The position numbers were made by a program, and so were the translations under genes. Below are positions 48,621-59,622 of a stretch of DNA of 64,000 nt, in pieces. The notes under the pieces were generated by a model. That model did no database searches. It was not told where the DNA came from and was given only the letters and a program-made list of their open reading frames with translations. The DNA is from a virus (Duplodnaviria > Caudoviricetes): IMG/VR virus record IMGVR_UViG_3300009151_000001, positions 32,001 through 96,000 of that record. The stretch is one strand, 5' to 3'. The first letter of the stretch is position 1. The number at the start of each line of letters is the position of its first letter.

Positions 48621-48891
48621 TTTTCTTAAATTTTTTTGTTTAATAATTTTTTCAACATTGAGATTTCTCTCCACTAATTTAAATGATTCTTCTCTAATTA
48701 CACCACTTGTAGCTCTATGATTTTTTTCTATATCTACGTATAATTTGTCTTGATCTACTAAAGTGTAATTATATATTGGGTGGACTTGAAATACATCTTT
48801 AATAACAAAAAACTTTCCAACTAAACAAGGATTACACCCCCACCCATCTTCTACAACTTCTACTAAATCACCTGGTTTAAACTTATTCATA

Positions 48892-49266
48892 TTATAAGTT
48901 AGCAAATGCATCAGCTCCAGATATCTCTTCTTCTGATACAGAAACAACTGGTTCAGGAACCGTTATTCTACCTATTCCACTAAAACCTGTAAAAGCAGCC
49001 ATTATTGGTTTTGTTTCTTCTTCTTGTACAGGAACTGGTTCTACTACTTTAGTGTCATCCACTATTACAAAAATCTTATTAATTGTTTGAAGATTTACTA
49101 AGGCTGAATGTTTTTTGATTGTCATAATTTGACTATCCAAGGCTTCATACTTTTCTTGAATTGAGCCATAACCAATGTCATCTCTCTTTAACCAAGTTAA
49201 ACCACTACCAAGATCTGCTTGGATACTACTTACTGTTAGCTGTACTTTCGGCAACTGTTTGTTCAT
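48892..49266 (-). CDS. Hypothetical protein
   Basis: Operonic ORF. Confidence 0.6.
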   Translation of the reverse strand: MNKQLPKVQLTVSSIQADLGSGLTWLKRDDIGYGSIQEKYEALDSQIMTIKKHSALVNLQTINKIFVIVDDTKVVEPVPVQEEETKPIMAAFTGFSGIGRITVPEPVVSVSEEEISGADAFANL

Positions 49267-49285
49267 ATTTGCTTATTTTAAATGT

Positions 49286-49996
49286 TTAATACCAATTAAT
49301 TTGAAACTCTGAACCATTCATATTTTTAATAAGTCTATTGGTTTCGTTAAATATATTATTACAATCCCAATCTTTACCAGTGTATCCAGCTGATGCGGGA
49401 TGACTAGCTTTAAGAACATGATGTTGAGGTCCTATTATTTGCTCAAGTTCTTGAGCTTTTTTACCTAACAAAATAAAAATTAAACCCGCGTTAGTAAGAT
49501 TTAACATATCTATAGTGTACATTACAAAATCATTCCATATTCCGTAATGTGTTCCTGGTTTATCTATCTGACAAGTGAGCGCGCTATTTAATAATAACAC
49601 ACCTTGATTAGCCCAACGCTTTAAATCAGGATCTTGATAAACAGGAAAACCTTGAGCCACTGTCCTTTCGATTTCTTTAAAGATTTCTTTAAGACTCGGT
49701 TGTGGTTTCATAGATATACCACAAGAGAATCCTATACCATCGGCCACTTCAATTTGAAAATATGGATCTTGCCCAATGATTACAACTTTTAGATTATCTA
49801 ATGGACATTCTTCAAACGCTCTAAATACACGTTTAAGAGGAGGTGTAAATCTTTTCCCTTCTTCTCTGAGATCATAAAGTTGTTTAATAATACTATCAAA
49901 CTCACTACTTTGAATAAATCCTTTTAGTTTAATAGCCCAACCTGTAGGTTTAAGCTTTTCTATAAGTTTTTCTTTTATTTCATCGAGATCTATCAT
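49286..49996 (-). CDS. ung: Family 1 uracil-DNA glycosylase
   Basis: VVIIGQDPY, WANQGVLLLN..LT, SHPAS. Confidence 0.93.
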   Translation of the reverse strand: MIDLDEIKEKLIEKLKPTGWAIKLKGFIQSSEFDSIIKQLYDLREEGKRFTPPLKRVFRAFEECPLDNLKVVIIGQDPYFQIEVADGIGFSCGISMKPQPSLKEIFKEIERTVAQGFPVYQDPDLKRWANQGVLLLNSALTCQIDKPGTHYGIWNDFVMYTIDMLNLTNAGLIFILLGKKAQELEQIIGPQHHVLKASHPASAGYTGKDWDCNNIFNETNRLIKNMNGSEFQINWY

Positions 49997-50017
49997 ATCT
50001 TTGTAAAAATTATTTAT

Positions 50018-50323
50018 ATGTCAAATGTAACAATGATTAAAAAAGACGCTAAGGTTACTATTACTATTGGCGCTGGATTTATAGGTGAATTACAAAAACT
50101 TTTAATAAGTTTTTCTGCTGATAAATCAACAGAAGAAATAGAAGAGTTTAAAAAACTAGCTGAATCTGGAAAAACACCTACAAAACCTTGGATGAATAAT
50201 GTTATTGTAATAGCAGCTCTTTTAAAAGAGATTGAAATAGAAGCTATGAAACAAAATCAGACGTTTAAAGAAGATGATTCTGTTATCCAAGAGGACAATT
50301 TATCTCAGTTCCTAAATTTATAA
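50018..50323 (+). CDS. Hypothetical protein, a lone + strand gene
   Basis: Fills the gap between two minus-strand genes; TATCTTTG -7 box at 49996-50003. Confidence 0.65.
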   Translation: MSNVTMIKKDAKVTITIGAGFIGELQKLLISFSADKSTEEIEEFKKLAESGKTPTKPWMNNVIVIAALLKEIEIEAMKQNQTFKEDDSVIQEDNLSQFLNL

Positions 50324-50678
50324 TAGCTTGTATAGCTAGAGCTAGTTCTTCTTTAGAACACTCACCAAAGCTCTTTACGAGGAAGTATTCTTTACCGGAT
50401 ACTTCCCGCGCTATACAAAGTCCCGCTTTATCTTTAACCATCACCTTTAAATCTTCTACAAGAATACCGGTGTGTAAAGACAACGTTTTTAACATAGCGT
50501 GTATCTTAGCTAACTGAGGAAGTGTACCATCATCATGTGTAGCTTCAAAAAAAAACTCAACAATCTGACCCTCTTCTACTTTAGATAAGAATAATTCAAA
50601 TTGTTTAGAAAGAGCTAAAGTAGAATACTTTAGCTTTCCTTCTTTCTTTATCATTTTTCCATTAAAATGTCCTGTCAT
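50283..50678 (-). CDS. Hypothetical protein
   Basis: Coupled to the helicase stop; SFGECSKEEL motif (NinB-like, weak). Confidence 0.55.
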   Translation of the reverse strand: MTGHFNGKMIKKEGKLKYSTLALSKQFELFLSKVEEGQIVEFFFEATHDDGTLPQLAKIHAMLKTLSLHTGILVEDLKVMVKDKAGLCIAREVSGKEYFLVKSFGECSKEELALAIQAIINLGTEINCPLG

Positions 50679-51778
50679 AGATTAAAATACTTTATTTTAC
50701 TTTGATCAAAGTCTTTCAGCGCTTCTTTTACCCATATCTCATCTACAGTATTTTTATAACATAATATGTGTATAATAGCTGTTTCTTTTGGATTAAGCCT
50801 GAGGGTGCGCCCCAGTCGTTGTGAAACTTTACGTTCATTACCATAAGCGTGTAATATAATACATACACTAAGATTAGGAATATTAACACCTTCGCTTATT
50901 TGTAACACACAAGAAGCTTGTTGTATATCTCCTCTTTTAAACTTATCTAGATTATCCTGACTATCTGGATTACTAGAATGAATAGAGTGAGAACACATTT
51001 CATCAGCTTGTTCTTGTGTATTACAGAATATAAGACACTTTTCATCTATAAGAAGAGCTAACTTTTTAGCGTATCTTGCTTTAGACGACATATTCATTAG
51101 ACTCTTCATACGCATCACTGACGCTATCTGTTTGTCTTTTTTACCAACAGCTTCATCAACTCGATTTGTCCAGTAGTTGTAGTCATCTATTTCAGATTTA
51201 TAAAAGCTTCCACCATTTTTAGTATTCACTTTTATTGTTTTATCAAAAGACAATGATAGATTGTGTACTATGATTCTATAATCATTAAGTATTTCATCTT
51301 CTACAGCGTTATCTGTTATATAAATAAACTTTACTGGACATACACTAGTAATCATCTTACTCTTTTCACTGTTAGGATATCTTGGCGGAGTACCTGTTAA
51401 TCCTAATGTTCTTCCTGTATAGAAGCTAAGAAATCCTAAATGTGAATATAATAAATTATGTACCTCATCAAAGATTACAATACTGTAATCATTAGGATTC
51501 TTTTTATTAAGAGATATATAAGTAACATACTCTACAAGATCCATTACAGGTTTGTGTATATTATGCTTTATAGCTTCATCTTTCCAAGTAGTAAATATAG
51601 ACTTCTTAGGGCCTACTATTAACACTTTCTTTTTAATTTTTCCTTCAAGATAAAACTTTTGTAAATAACGTAATCCTATAAGTGTCTTACCAACCCCCAT
51701 TGATACAGCCAATGTTACACGAGGATTATTTATCGCTATTTGTAAAGCGTCATCTTGGATTTGTTGTCGTTTATCCAT
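50675..51778 (-). CDS. SF2 DExH-box helicase
   Basis: MGVGKT, DEVH, LTGT, EGVNIP, QRLGRTLR. Confidence 0.92.
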   Translation of the reverse strand: MDKRQQIQDDALQIAINNPRVTLAVSMGVGKTLIGLRYLQKFYLEGKIKKKVLIVGPKKSIFTTWKDEAIKHNIHKPVMDLVEYVTYISLNKKNPNDYSIVIFDEVHNLLYSHLGFLSFYTGRTLGLTGTPPRYPNSEKSKMITSVCPVKFIYITDNAVEDEILNDYRIIVHNLSLSFDKTIKVNTKNGGSFYKSEIDDYNYWTNRVDEAVGKKDKQIASVMRMKSLMNMSSKARYAKKLALLIDEKCLIFCNTQEQADEMCSHSIHSSNPDSQDNLDKFKRGDIQQASCVLQISEGVNIPNLSVCIILHAYGNERKVSQRLGRTLRLNPKETAIIHILCYKNTVDEIWVKEALKDFDQSKIKYFNL

Positions 51779-51781
51779 ATT

Positions 51782-51950
51782 AAAAAAATTAGCTGTTCTG
51801 GTACAGCTAGACCCCCCTGATCATCTTATTACTGAGACTAGTCAAAACAACTCAGTTATGTTGCAAGTAAATATCAGATGAACTATGTCTAAACCAACCA
51901 CGAGGCCATGGTACAAGGTAAAATGCTGCAAACTTCTGAGCGTGGCTAAT
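51782..51950 (-). ncRNA. Structured intergenic RNA ending in a terminator
   Basis: Stems TAGCCACG/CGTGGTTG, TAGAC/GTCTA, CTGAT/ATCAG, ACTGAG/CTCAGT; terminal TAGCTGT/ACAGCTA plus T7. Confidence 0.5.
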
Positions 51951-52192
51951 ATGTTTATTAATCTTCAGGTATTTTACTTTGTATAATAATAGATATAAAA
52001 AATAACATTATTAAACTCAATAATACCCATAAAAAAATAATTTTTATACTACTGATTATATAAAATAATTGAATCAATAGTTTGTAAGATATGTAAATTA
52101 GTAGTAAAATTGATATTAGACAAAAAAACAGAAAAGAAAATGTCATTATAACATTACATATTAGATTTAGAATCTTTTTCATAATTAATAGT

Positions 52193-54367
52193 TTAGTTAA
52201 ACCATTTTTGTGTGTATTTACCACAAGGACAAACCCAACCATCAGTTGTGGCTATAAGTACACCTTCGTTTTCGTTAGTGTATTCTACAGTTTCTCCTTC
52301 ACTACGTTTTAACGTGGCCGCGTTTCTAAAACATTCTGATATACCATCTCCACAACATGTATAGGGATGAAATCTACTATCGTTTTGACGTTCGTTAAGC
52401 TCTTTTACTACAATATCTGTAAAGGATGTATTCATAACTTATTTTTTAATGATAATGACCACATGGTCCTTTTATTTTAAATACTTTACCGTATTTTTTA
52501 TCTAAATATACTTTTAAATTAGGTAAAGGATCTACCAAATAACCAACGCTCTAGGAGTGATTCTATTTGTGATAGTGTTTCTTGTTGTCCCATAATTTCC
52601 ATCTATTTTTAATTAACTTCCTTTGTTTTCTGTTAAGATGAATTTGTTTTAAATCTGTACGGTAAATTCTATCGTGTACATCGTAGTACCATATTTGACC
52701 ATTTATAACTCGTTTGAGCCGTTGTATAAGAAAAAAACATTTTACATCACTATAACTCCACGTTCTTATTTTTCCCATTTTACTTCAATTTCTTTACCCG
52801 TAAACAATCTTATTAACTGTTGTAGTTGGTGTAGGTAGGTAATAGTACAACGTTCATCATAAAAAAATCCATTATCTCTCTCCCACAAAACTATATCATC
52901 GGTAATATAATATCCACCAGTACCGACTTTTACTACTCCCTCTATCCTCTCCATTATTTCAGGAGTTAGTTTGATAGGTTTAATATTAGCAAATGCAGGA
53001 TTAACATCTAAGGTAAGTAGTGTAGTTGGACTAACTTTAAATTCAACATCATTTCTTAATACCCAATCCCCCGCCATTAATTTTAATTCGTTACTTTTCA
53101 TTATCTTATAATTTAATTGTGATAGGTTGTGTGAGATTTCTTTTTTTTCTTTCTTCAAAATCACTATCATTAAAACCACACCCATATCCATAACCAAAAG
53201 CGTCATTTAATATAGGCTCTATTGAGAATAGTTGGGATTCTACGGTTTCTAAAATACTTAATTGATTTTTACATGATTCTATATGTGGTGAAGGTAGATT
53301 ACTATTTATGACTATATTCAATAGCCTTTTTTTCTCGCGTAACCATTCCCTATCAATGCACCCTATCTGTGAGGGTAGTAGTTGTTTAGTTGTGTTGCTC
53401 ATTGTTTTTAAATTTTAAATGTTTTTTATTCGCTGATTTTTGACTAGAAGCGATGCAAGAAAAACCATCATCGTAATAATATTTCTTGCAGCCATTAGGA
53501 ATAGGAGGTGTAGGTAATTCTCCTGTAACATTATTTACGTTTACACGAGGATTAGAATCACCATCAAGCCTATTTACATCATTTTCAAACATTCCAGCTA
53601 CAGCTAAAAGTGCAGCTAAATTTTTTATACTATTCATTTTGCTCATAATTGTCCGTTTTAAAGTATTTGTCAATATCTGACTTTGTTAATCTTTTAAAAG
53701 CTAAATCCATTTGTTTTTTCATCAACCTAAGTCTTACCTTAGCCTTCCTATTTGGATGCTTAAATGCAGCATTATTCTTCAATCTAGCATTAGTGTAGCG
53801 TAAGAATGTATCTACTAACATAATTCTTTTTGCATATTGCGTAAGTTTTATTTAGTGAAAGATTTTGTGATTCAAGTAAAGAATTAAAAGATTCTAAAGC
53901 AGTAGGATAAGTGTTCCAATAATATTCATAATCTTCATACCCACAACCCATCATAAGTACTTTATAAACTATCCCCTTCGCTATTTCCTCCGTTATTGTA
54001 TCTGTTGTACATAGAAAATCGTAATTTCCTTGAATAATATCACTCCAATTTGCAACTTCATTAATTGAATAAAATAATGAACAAGTATTATCTGGATAGT
54101 TTTCTATAAGAAAATTAGCTCCATCTTTGGATACTTCCACAAATATGTAAGTACCATTATTAGTTGTTACTGTTGTCATTAATCCGTAAATTTTGAGATT
54201 AATAATTCTTTTGAAAGCTCTCTTTGTTTCTCGTATTCTTTAGATTCTAAATACCCTAAATCCTCATTTCTTTCTAATTCTACATTAGCAACATGGTAAT
54301 AGGCGGTTAAAGCACTTTGTATTAAATACCATTCACTACTATGTTTTTTTATTTTTACTGTTGTCAT
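52193..54367 (-). other. Cluster of small, overlapping hypothetical ORFs (accessory region)
   Basis: About eight co-oriented 60-130 aa ORFs with overlapping start/stop codons. Confidence 0.6.
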
Positions 54368-54369
54368 TG

Positions 54370-55095
54370 TTAATTATTTAAAGTTTTACCTATTGTAAAT
54401 TGTCCATTTTGATGAATAAGATACTCACCAGACGTTCCTAACGTATCAATAAAATAATATCTACCACCAGTAGCTTTACCTTGAATATCAATCTGAGATT
54501 GTTTAGTATGACCAACTACTTGAATAACTTCTTTACGAAGCTTATTATAGTTATCAGCCATCAGAGAACGCGGTCTTATCCATATTGGTGTTTGGTAAAC
54601 ATTATCTCCATAAGAATCTCTACCATTAAAAACAAACGTTTTAGGTTGATATTTAAACTTCTCATTAAGAAGTTCTACAATATCTTCTGTTTTCCATCCA
54701 TCTTTACCAAATGTAATATCCATAAACGTTTCACTAACGCCTGCGTGTGTACATAATACATCATCAAACCTATAAGCCATCTGTAGATGTTCTCTATTTT
54801 CATCTATCACTTGATTAATACTAGGAGCTATTCTAGTTTGATACCCGCTTGTACCAGTGCATCCTATTTCTGGAAAATAGTGATGGTCGTGATTACCAAC
54901 TAATATTATAACTTCAGTATTAGTTGATTTCTTATATTCAATAATCTCTTTAAAGTTAGCTATTTGTTCTACTCCACTAATATCAAATGAATCAAAGTAA
55001 TCACCAATAAAAACAATTCTATCTGGTTTCTCTTGATATACTATTAGTTTCCATGTTGATCTACCGTGGATGTCTCCTATTAATACTGTTTTCAT
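54370..55095 (-). CDS. Calcineurin-like metallophosphoesterase
   Basis: GDIHG, GDYFD, GNHD, THAG, VGHT. Confidence 0.92.
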   Translation of the reverse strand: MKTVLIGDIHGRSTWKLIVYQEKPDRIVFIGDYFDSFDISGVEQIANFKEIIEYKKSTNTEVIILVGNHDHHYFPEIGCTGTSGYQTRIAPSINQVIDENREHLQMAYRFDDVLCTHAGVSETFMDITFGKDGWKTEDIVELLNEKFKYQPKTFVFNGRDSYGDNVYQTPIWIRPRSLMADNYNKLRKEVIQVVGHTKQSQIDIQGKATGGRYYFIDTLGTSGEYLIHQNGQFTIGKTLNN

Positions 55096-55787
55096 GATGT
55101 TGGTATTGTATCATCTATTAATTCTCTAAGAACTACACGATAAAACTCTATAGCTTCATTCATTATTTCACGTTCTTTATCTGTTAACTCTCCTTTTTCA
55201 TCAAGAGATTTTATAGAAGCTTTAAGTTCTAATAACGAATACTTTTTAAAGAAATATAAAGCTTTCTTTTGTGTACTAGTAAGTATTGTTGATATATTAC
55301 TCATTTATTTATTTTTTTAATTTACACTGGATATGAATCATCTACATCATCACTTTCGAATCCACCAAAACACCATACAATAAGAAATATTATACTTATT
55401 ATTAGTGCTGCGCTTATTAGCACAGTAAATTCAAACCGTATTACATTTGTATACTTTTCTATAAAGGTTTTACTAATTTTATTCTTTTCATCAATAATAC
55501 CTATTAAAACAGGGAATATATTTAATACCAATACTATACCTAATAATCTTTTTAATATTTTATTTTTAATTGTCATCTTTTTTATTTAAACGTGATTCAC
55601 TAAAACCTAGTTCTTTAGGTCCATGTACTATATCTAAATGTAAAGTAAGAATGTTTACTTTTACCATGAAGATATTTATGTATAGTTGTACGATGTATAC
55701 CAAATTGTTCAGATACTTCTTCTTGAGTTCTAAATTTTTTGTATAACTCATCTTTTACATACACATCATTTTTACTTATAAACAAAA

Positions 55788-56201
55788 TTATTCTATAAGT
55801 CTAAGACCAAGTTCTACTGCTTCTTCTGTAGATAACACATCATGTATTTGATGATGACAATTACGACATACCGCTTTCCATGAAGTTATTTTTAAAAAGT
55901 ATTTAGATCTATCTTTACCTGAATAAAGATGATGGACGTCAGTAGATACATTAGTACATCCTATTAATTTAGCTTCACAATGAGGTTTAGCTATTAAAAA
56001 CAGATTTCTAAGTTTAGAATACTCATCAATCTCTTCTTTTTTCTTTTTACTAACCGGAGCTATTCTTTTAGTACTTTTATTAATTGTCTTAGGCTGCTGG
56101 ATATTATACCAGCAGCTTTGACAAAATTTTTCTTTACCTAGACTTTTCCAAATATGTTTAGATTGATTACAACCGTTACATGTTTTTAATTTACTAATCA
56201 T
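55788..56201 (-). CDS. Zn-finger HNH nuclease-like protein
   Basis: CNGC..CQSC, CEA...C..STDVHH, VCRNCHHQIH. Confidence 0.75.
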   Translation of the reverse strand: MISKLKTCNGCNQSKHIWKSLGKEKFCQSCWYNIQQPKTINKSTKRIAPVSKKKKEEIDEYSKLRNLFLIAKPHCEAKLIGCTNVSTDVHHLYSGKDRSKYFLKITSWKAVCRNCHHQIHDVLSTEEAVELGLRLIE

Positions 56202-56752
56202 ACACTTAACTCAAAAAAGTTTAAAGGTAATATTTTAAACTCAATAAGTTTACTAGCAATCATAACATTTGTTATCTTTAAGTCTTTAAATGATGACTTA
56301 TTTTTTACATTGCTATCAATACCTTTAGTTTGAACAAAAGCTTTAGTAATTTTTGAGTGAGGAAATAACTTCATTAGAAACTCATCAACATCTTTATTAA
56401 TGATTTCTTGTTTCCAATGATTTAAAAGTCTTTGTGTTCTTTCAAATGTCTTAACAATATTATTCTTTTTAGTTTTAGACATTTCAACTAATTCATTTTC
56501 TGAATAAGTACTTAAACCATAAACAACCTCATTGTATAATGTTTGTTGAGTTTTGTTAAAAGGTTTAAATTCTAATTGTTGATACTTTGATACTCCTTTT
56601 AAAGGAATGTGTTTGTCTACTTGAATACCTTCGTAGTACAACCATTGATGTTTTTGTACATCTGTATAACAGATTAAAACACCTTTTTTTGAAGCAGACG
56701 CTGTCTTGTTCAAATTCATAATCATTGTTTTTTTGTTGTTAATAAAAATCAA
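56198..56752 (-). CDS. Hypothetical protein
   Basis: Operonic ORF. Confidence 0.6.
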   Translation of the reverse strand: MIFINNKKTMIMNLNKTASASKKGVLICYTDVQKHQWLYYEGIQVDKHIPLKGVSKYQQLEFKPFNKTQQTLYNEVVYGLSTYSENELVEMSKTKKNNIVKTFERTQRLLNHWKQEIINKDVDEFLMKLFPHSKITKAFVQTKGIDSNVKNKSSFKDLKITNVMIASKLIEFKILPLNFFELSV

Positions 56753-56754
56753 AT

Positions 56755-56780
56755 AAAAAAAGAGTCATAAGACTCTTTTT
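56755..56780. terminator. Intrinsic terminator
   Basis: AAAAAAAGAGTC-ATAA-GACTCTTTTT. Confidence 0.75.
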
Positions 56781-56803
56781 CTATTTAAATATTTTTTTTA
56801 ATA

Positions 56804-57220
56804 TTATTTCTGTGCTTCTATTATTTCATCTGAGTTATCATGTGAAATAAGAACATCTTTAGCCTGTTCATCAGGTGTAAAGTAACATTGGCGATAGATT
56901 GGTTGTCCTTTAATAGAACATACTACTCCAGTGTCTCCAGCTATTTTTAGATTTTTTTCCGGGTTTACAGGATTAAATGGTTTTAAAGATTCTTCTACTA
57001 TTATTTTACCATCTAAAGTGTCACCCTTTTTATAATTTGTTTCTACCAAATCTTCAACTTTACCGTTAATAAAAGCTGATCTTTTTGCTTTACGCAACCA
57101 TCCTTTATTATTTATAACCAAAATCTCTTGTTCTACACGAATATATCCCCACTCAGGTTTATTTTCATTAATAGATATAATATGATTATGTTTATCGGCA
57201 GTTACTACAACTTTACCCAT
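56804..57220 (-). CDS. Hypothetical protein, possibly OB-fold/SSB-like
   Basis: Beta-rich ORF with GYIRVEQ, KIAGDTGVVC, GQPIYR. Confidence 0.55.
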   Translation of the reverse strand: MGKVVVTADKHNHIISINENKPEWGYIRVEQEILVINNKGWLRKAKRSAFINGKVEDLVETNYKKGDTLDGKIIVEESLKPFNPVNPEKNLKIAGDTGVVCSIKGQPIYRQCYFTPDEQAKDVLISHDNSDEIIEAQK

Positions 57221-57231
57221 AACTTCATACT

Positions 57232-57495
57232 TTAATCTTCTAAACCAGTAATAGTGTAGTCTATATCAAGATCTGAATATTTTTCAATTTGATCCAAATC
57301 TGTTAAATCTGGAAATAAGTCTTCATCATCTATTAGAGATACTTTTTGTCTACTGAGTATTGATCCATGCCAGGGATCCTCCACTACGTCTCCTTGATTT
57401 CGAGCTATTAATCTATCTAATTGATCATCAGTCATATCTAGATATTGTTCTACACTCATTTCTATCACTTTTCCACTTGGTAATTGGTATATCAT
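57232..57495 (-). CDS. Acidic hypothetical protein
   Basis: MIYQLPSGKVIEMSVEQYL; Asp-rich. Confidence 0.6.
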   Translation of the reverse strand: MIYQLPSGKVIEMSVEQYLDMTDDQLDRLIARNQGDVVEDPWHGSILSRQKVSLIDDEDLFPDLTDLDQIEKYSDLDIDYTITGLED

Positions 57496-57577
57496 TTTAT
57501 ATAATTTGTATAAAATTACCTATTTATAACAAATAATAATTATATGTTATAAGAATTAATGGATGATAGAGCTATGA

Positions 57578-57745
57578 CTATTTAAAATTTTTTAAGTGAT
57601 AATACTTTTTTTTCCAAAAAGCATTTGTTTTATCAATATTTTTTTGACTTTCTTTTAACTTTTCTTCAAGTTCACTGATTTTAGTTTTTAATATTTCAAC
57701 TTCAGTGTTATTTTCTTTTTTTTTAATCTTATCAAACCACCCCAT
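57578..57745 (-). CDS. 55-aa coiled-coil protein missed by the ORF track
   Basis: MGWFDKIKKKENNTEVEILKLKISELEEKLKES...; start overlaps the upstream stop. Confidence 0.6.
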   Translation of the reverse strand: MGWFDKIKKKENNTEVEILKTKISELEEKLKESQKNIDKTNAFWKKKYYHLKNFK

Positions 57746-59057
57746 TAACTTGTAAATTTATTGTACAGATTAGCAAATAAACCTTCTCCAATACCACTTG
57801 GATCAATTTTTTCATCTTGAAACTCTAAAAATGTTGATGACTCAAAACCATCTGCTGTTACTTTCATGTTATTTCTAACAATATTGTATAAGCGTATAGT
57901 ACAAAAGTCCGCGCAATCCATGTTAATAATTACGCCTTCGCTTGTTATTTCTTCATTAGTTTCTAATGATATTTCTTTTTTCCACATTTCAGAAACAAAA
58001 CATACACATTTTATTTCTATATTTTTTTCTAGTATACTTTTTTTAATATCTGGTATAATATACTCAACAAAAAACTCTTTTTGTTCTTTATTATTCATTA
58101 TTTTACCGGGTATAGGCATATGTATAACTATTGGTTTATCTTCTTCTAAATGATAACCAATTATCGTAATATGAGGATATATACTTTTATTCTCATCAAA
58201 ACTTTTAAGAACAAAACTAATTTGTTCTTTTTTTAATTTTTCAAATAACTCTTGATCCATCTTTTTAATTTAAAGATTCAATAAATAACTCACTACAAGT
58301 CTTTTTTCCTTTGGGTACGTTATCTCCTGTATCAGGATCCATAAGATGTGTAGCGTAATTAGGGTATCCTCCATCATCATCATAAAACTTATGTACTTCG
58401 TGTTTTGTACCTTTTGGTATCAATTTTTTACAATGTTCACAAATTTTATCTTTTCTTCCTTTAGAAACAAATGAGGATTCATAATGATCCTCATTTGTTA
58501 AATATTCGTGTTTTTTCATATTACTTGATTACATACTTAATACCACGACAGATTACGTGATTTATCGTGCGCGGATCAACTAATCTAATACGAGCGTCAT
58601 GTTTATCGTTTATATCATGAGCTATTTCCATGTCTGTAAAATAAACGCGGCCAAAACTATCTACACTACCGGTATGTCTACCTTTCATAGTACGTTCTTC
58701 TCCTTCTAGAGCAATCTTTACAACTTTTTTAAGCTTTTTATCAAGTTCTTTTGGTGTACTTGTTTGATACACATTTTGAATTTCTTTTAACACATCTGCT
58801 TCTTTAACTTGTTTATTAAAGTTGATGGTCAACGCAACATTAGGAGAACTAATAAACAATTGAGCTAGTTCTGTTCTAGTTAATCCCATTTCTAAATTGT
58901 ACTCATCAGCTGAGCTTATATGAGCTTCAGCATACGCTTTACTTACTACGATTTTTTCATTCGTATCTGTTAGTAAAACAATTTGATCTTCATCTAAAAT
59001 TTCTGAAACTACATAAAACTGTGTTTCACTCGCTACATTTCCTACTTTTAAACTCAT
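57745..59057 (-). other. Three hypothetical ORFs (57745-58260; 58265-58519 with CxxC; 58521-59057)
   Basis: Co-oriented, tightly packed ORFs. Confidence 0.6.
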
Positions 59058-59086
59058 AATTGTTTATTTTTAGTGATTAAATACAT

Positions 59087-59116
59087 AAAAAAAGCTCTAG
59101 ATTTCTCTAGAGCTTT
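59087..59116 (-). terminator. Terminator downstream of the tmRNA
   Basis: AAAGCTCTAGA-GAAA-TCTAGAGCTTTTTTT. Confidence 0.85.
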
Positions 59117-59164
59117 GGTAACAAAACAAAATCTGTGTGGAGGTAACCAGATTTTGTGTGGAGG

Positions 59165-59609
59165 TGGAGGTGAGGGGATTTGAACCCCTGTGTTAAGAAG
59201 AACGCCATAATACCAACGTCTCACATGTTTAGCTACTCTGTTTCTCAGAAGCAGGAGATTAATCTGTGTTTTCACTGATTAGTAAAGGGCTGTACTGATT
59301 TAGGGTACAACATCCACCATCCTGATTTTTTAGCGTTGTACAGATAAACAACGGTAGTACTTTTAAAAGGTGTGTACTACTACCTTGAGTTTGTGACTTA
59401 CTGTTCCACCCAAGTCACCAGAGGAAGAGTTACGCTGCTACAGCAACACGAGCGTTAGCGAACGCCATGTTAATGATTTTTGCACCGATAGCTTGATGAT
59501 CAACTGTGTTGTCATTTATTGTTTTGTGTAACGATTAAAGAGAATTAACACCATATCTCTACATGTGATACTATCCATTACATCTCAGTCGAATGCCAGT
59601 AACACCCCC
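59165..59609 (-). ncRNA. ssrA: tmRNA; tag (A)DNTVDHQAIGAKIINMAFANARVAVAA at 59513-59430
   Basis: 5' GGGGGTGTTACTGGCATTCGAC; acceptor GGGGGTG/CACCTCC with G3.U70 and discriminator A; T-arm GGGGTTCAAATCCCC; ATAAAT before the resume codon; tag ends AA*. Confidence 0.93.
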
Positions 59610-59622
59610 GATAAATAAAAAG

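Noticed and set aside
59054-59275. 73-aa ORF in the track
   Set aside because: Overlaps the tmRNA 3' end and its terminator
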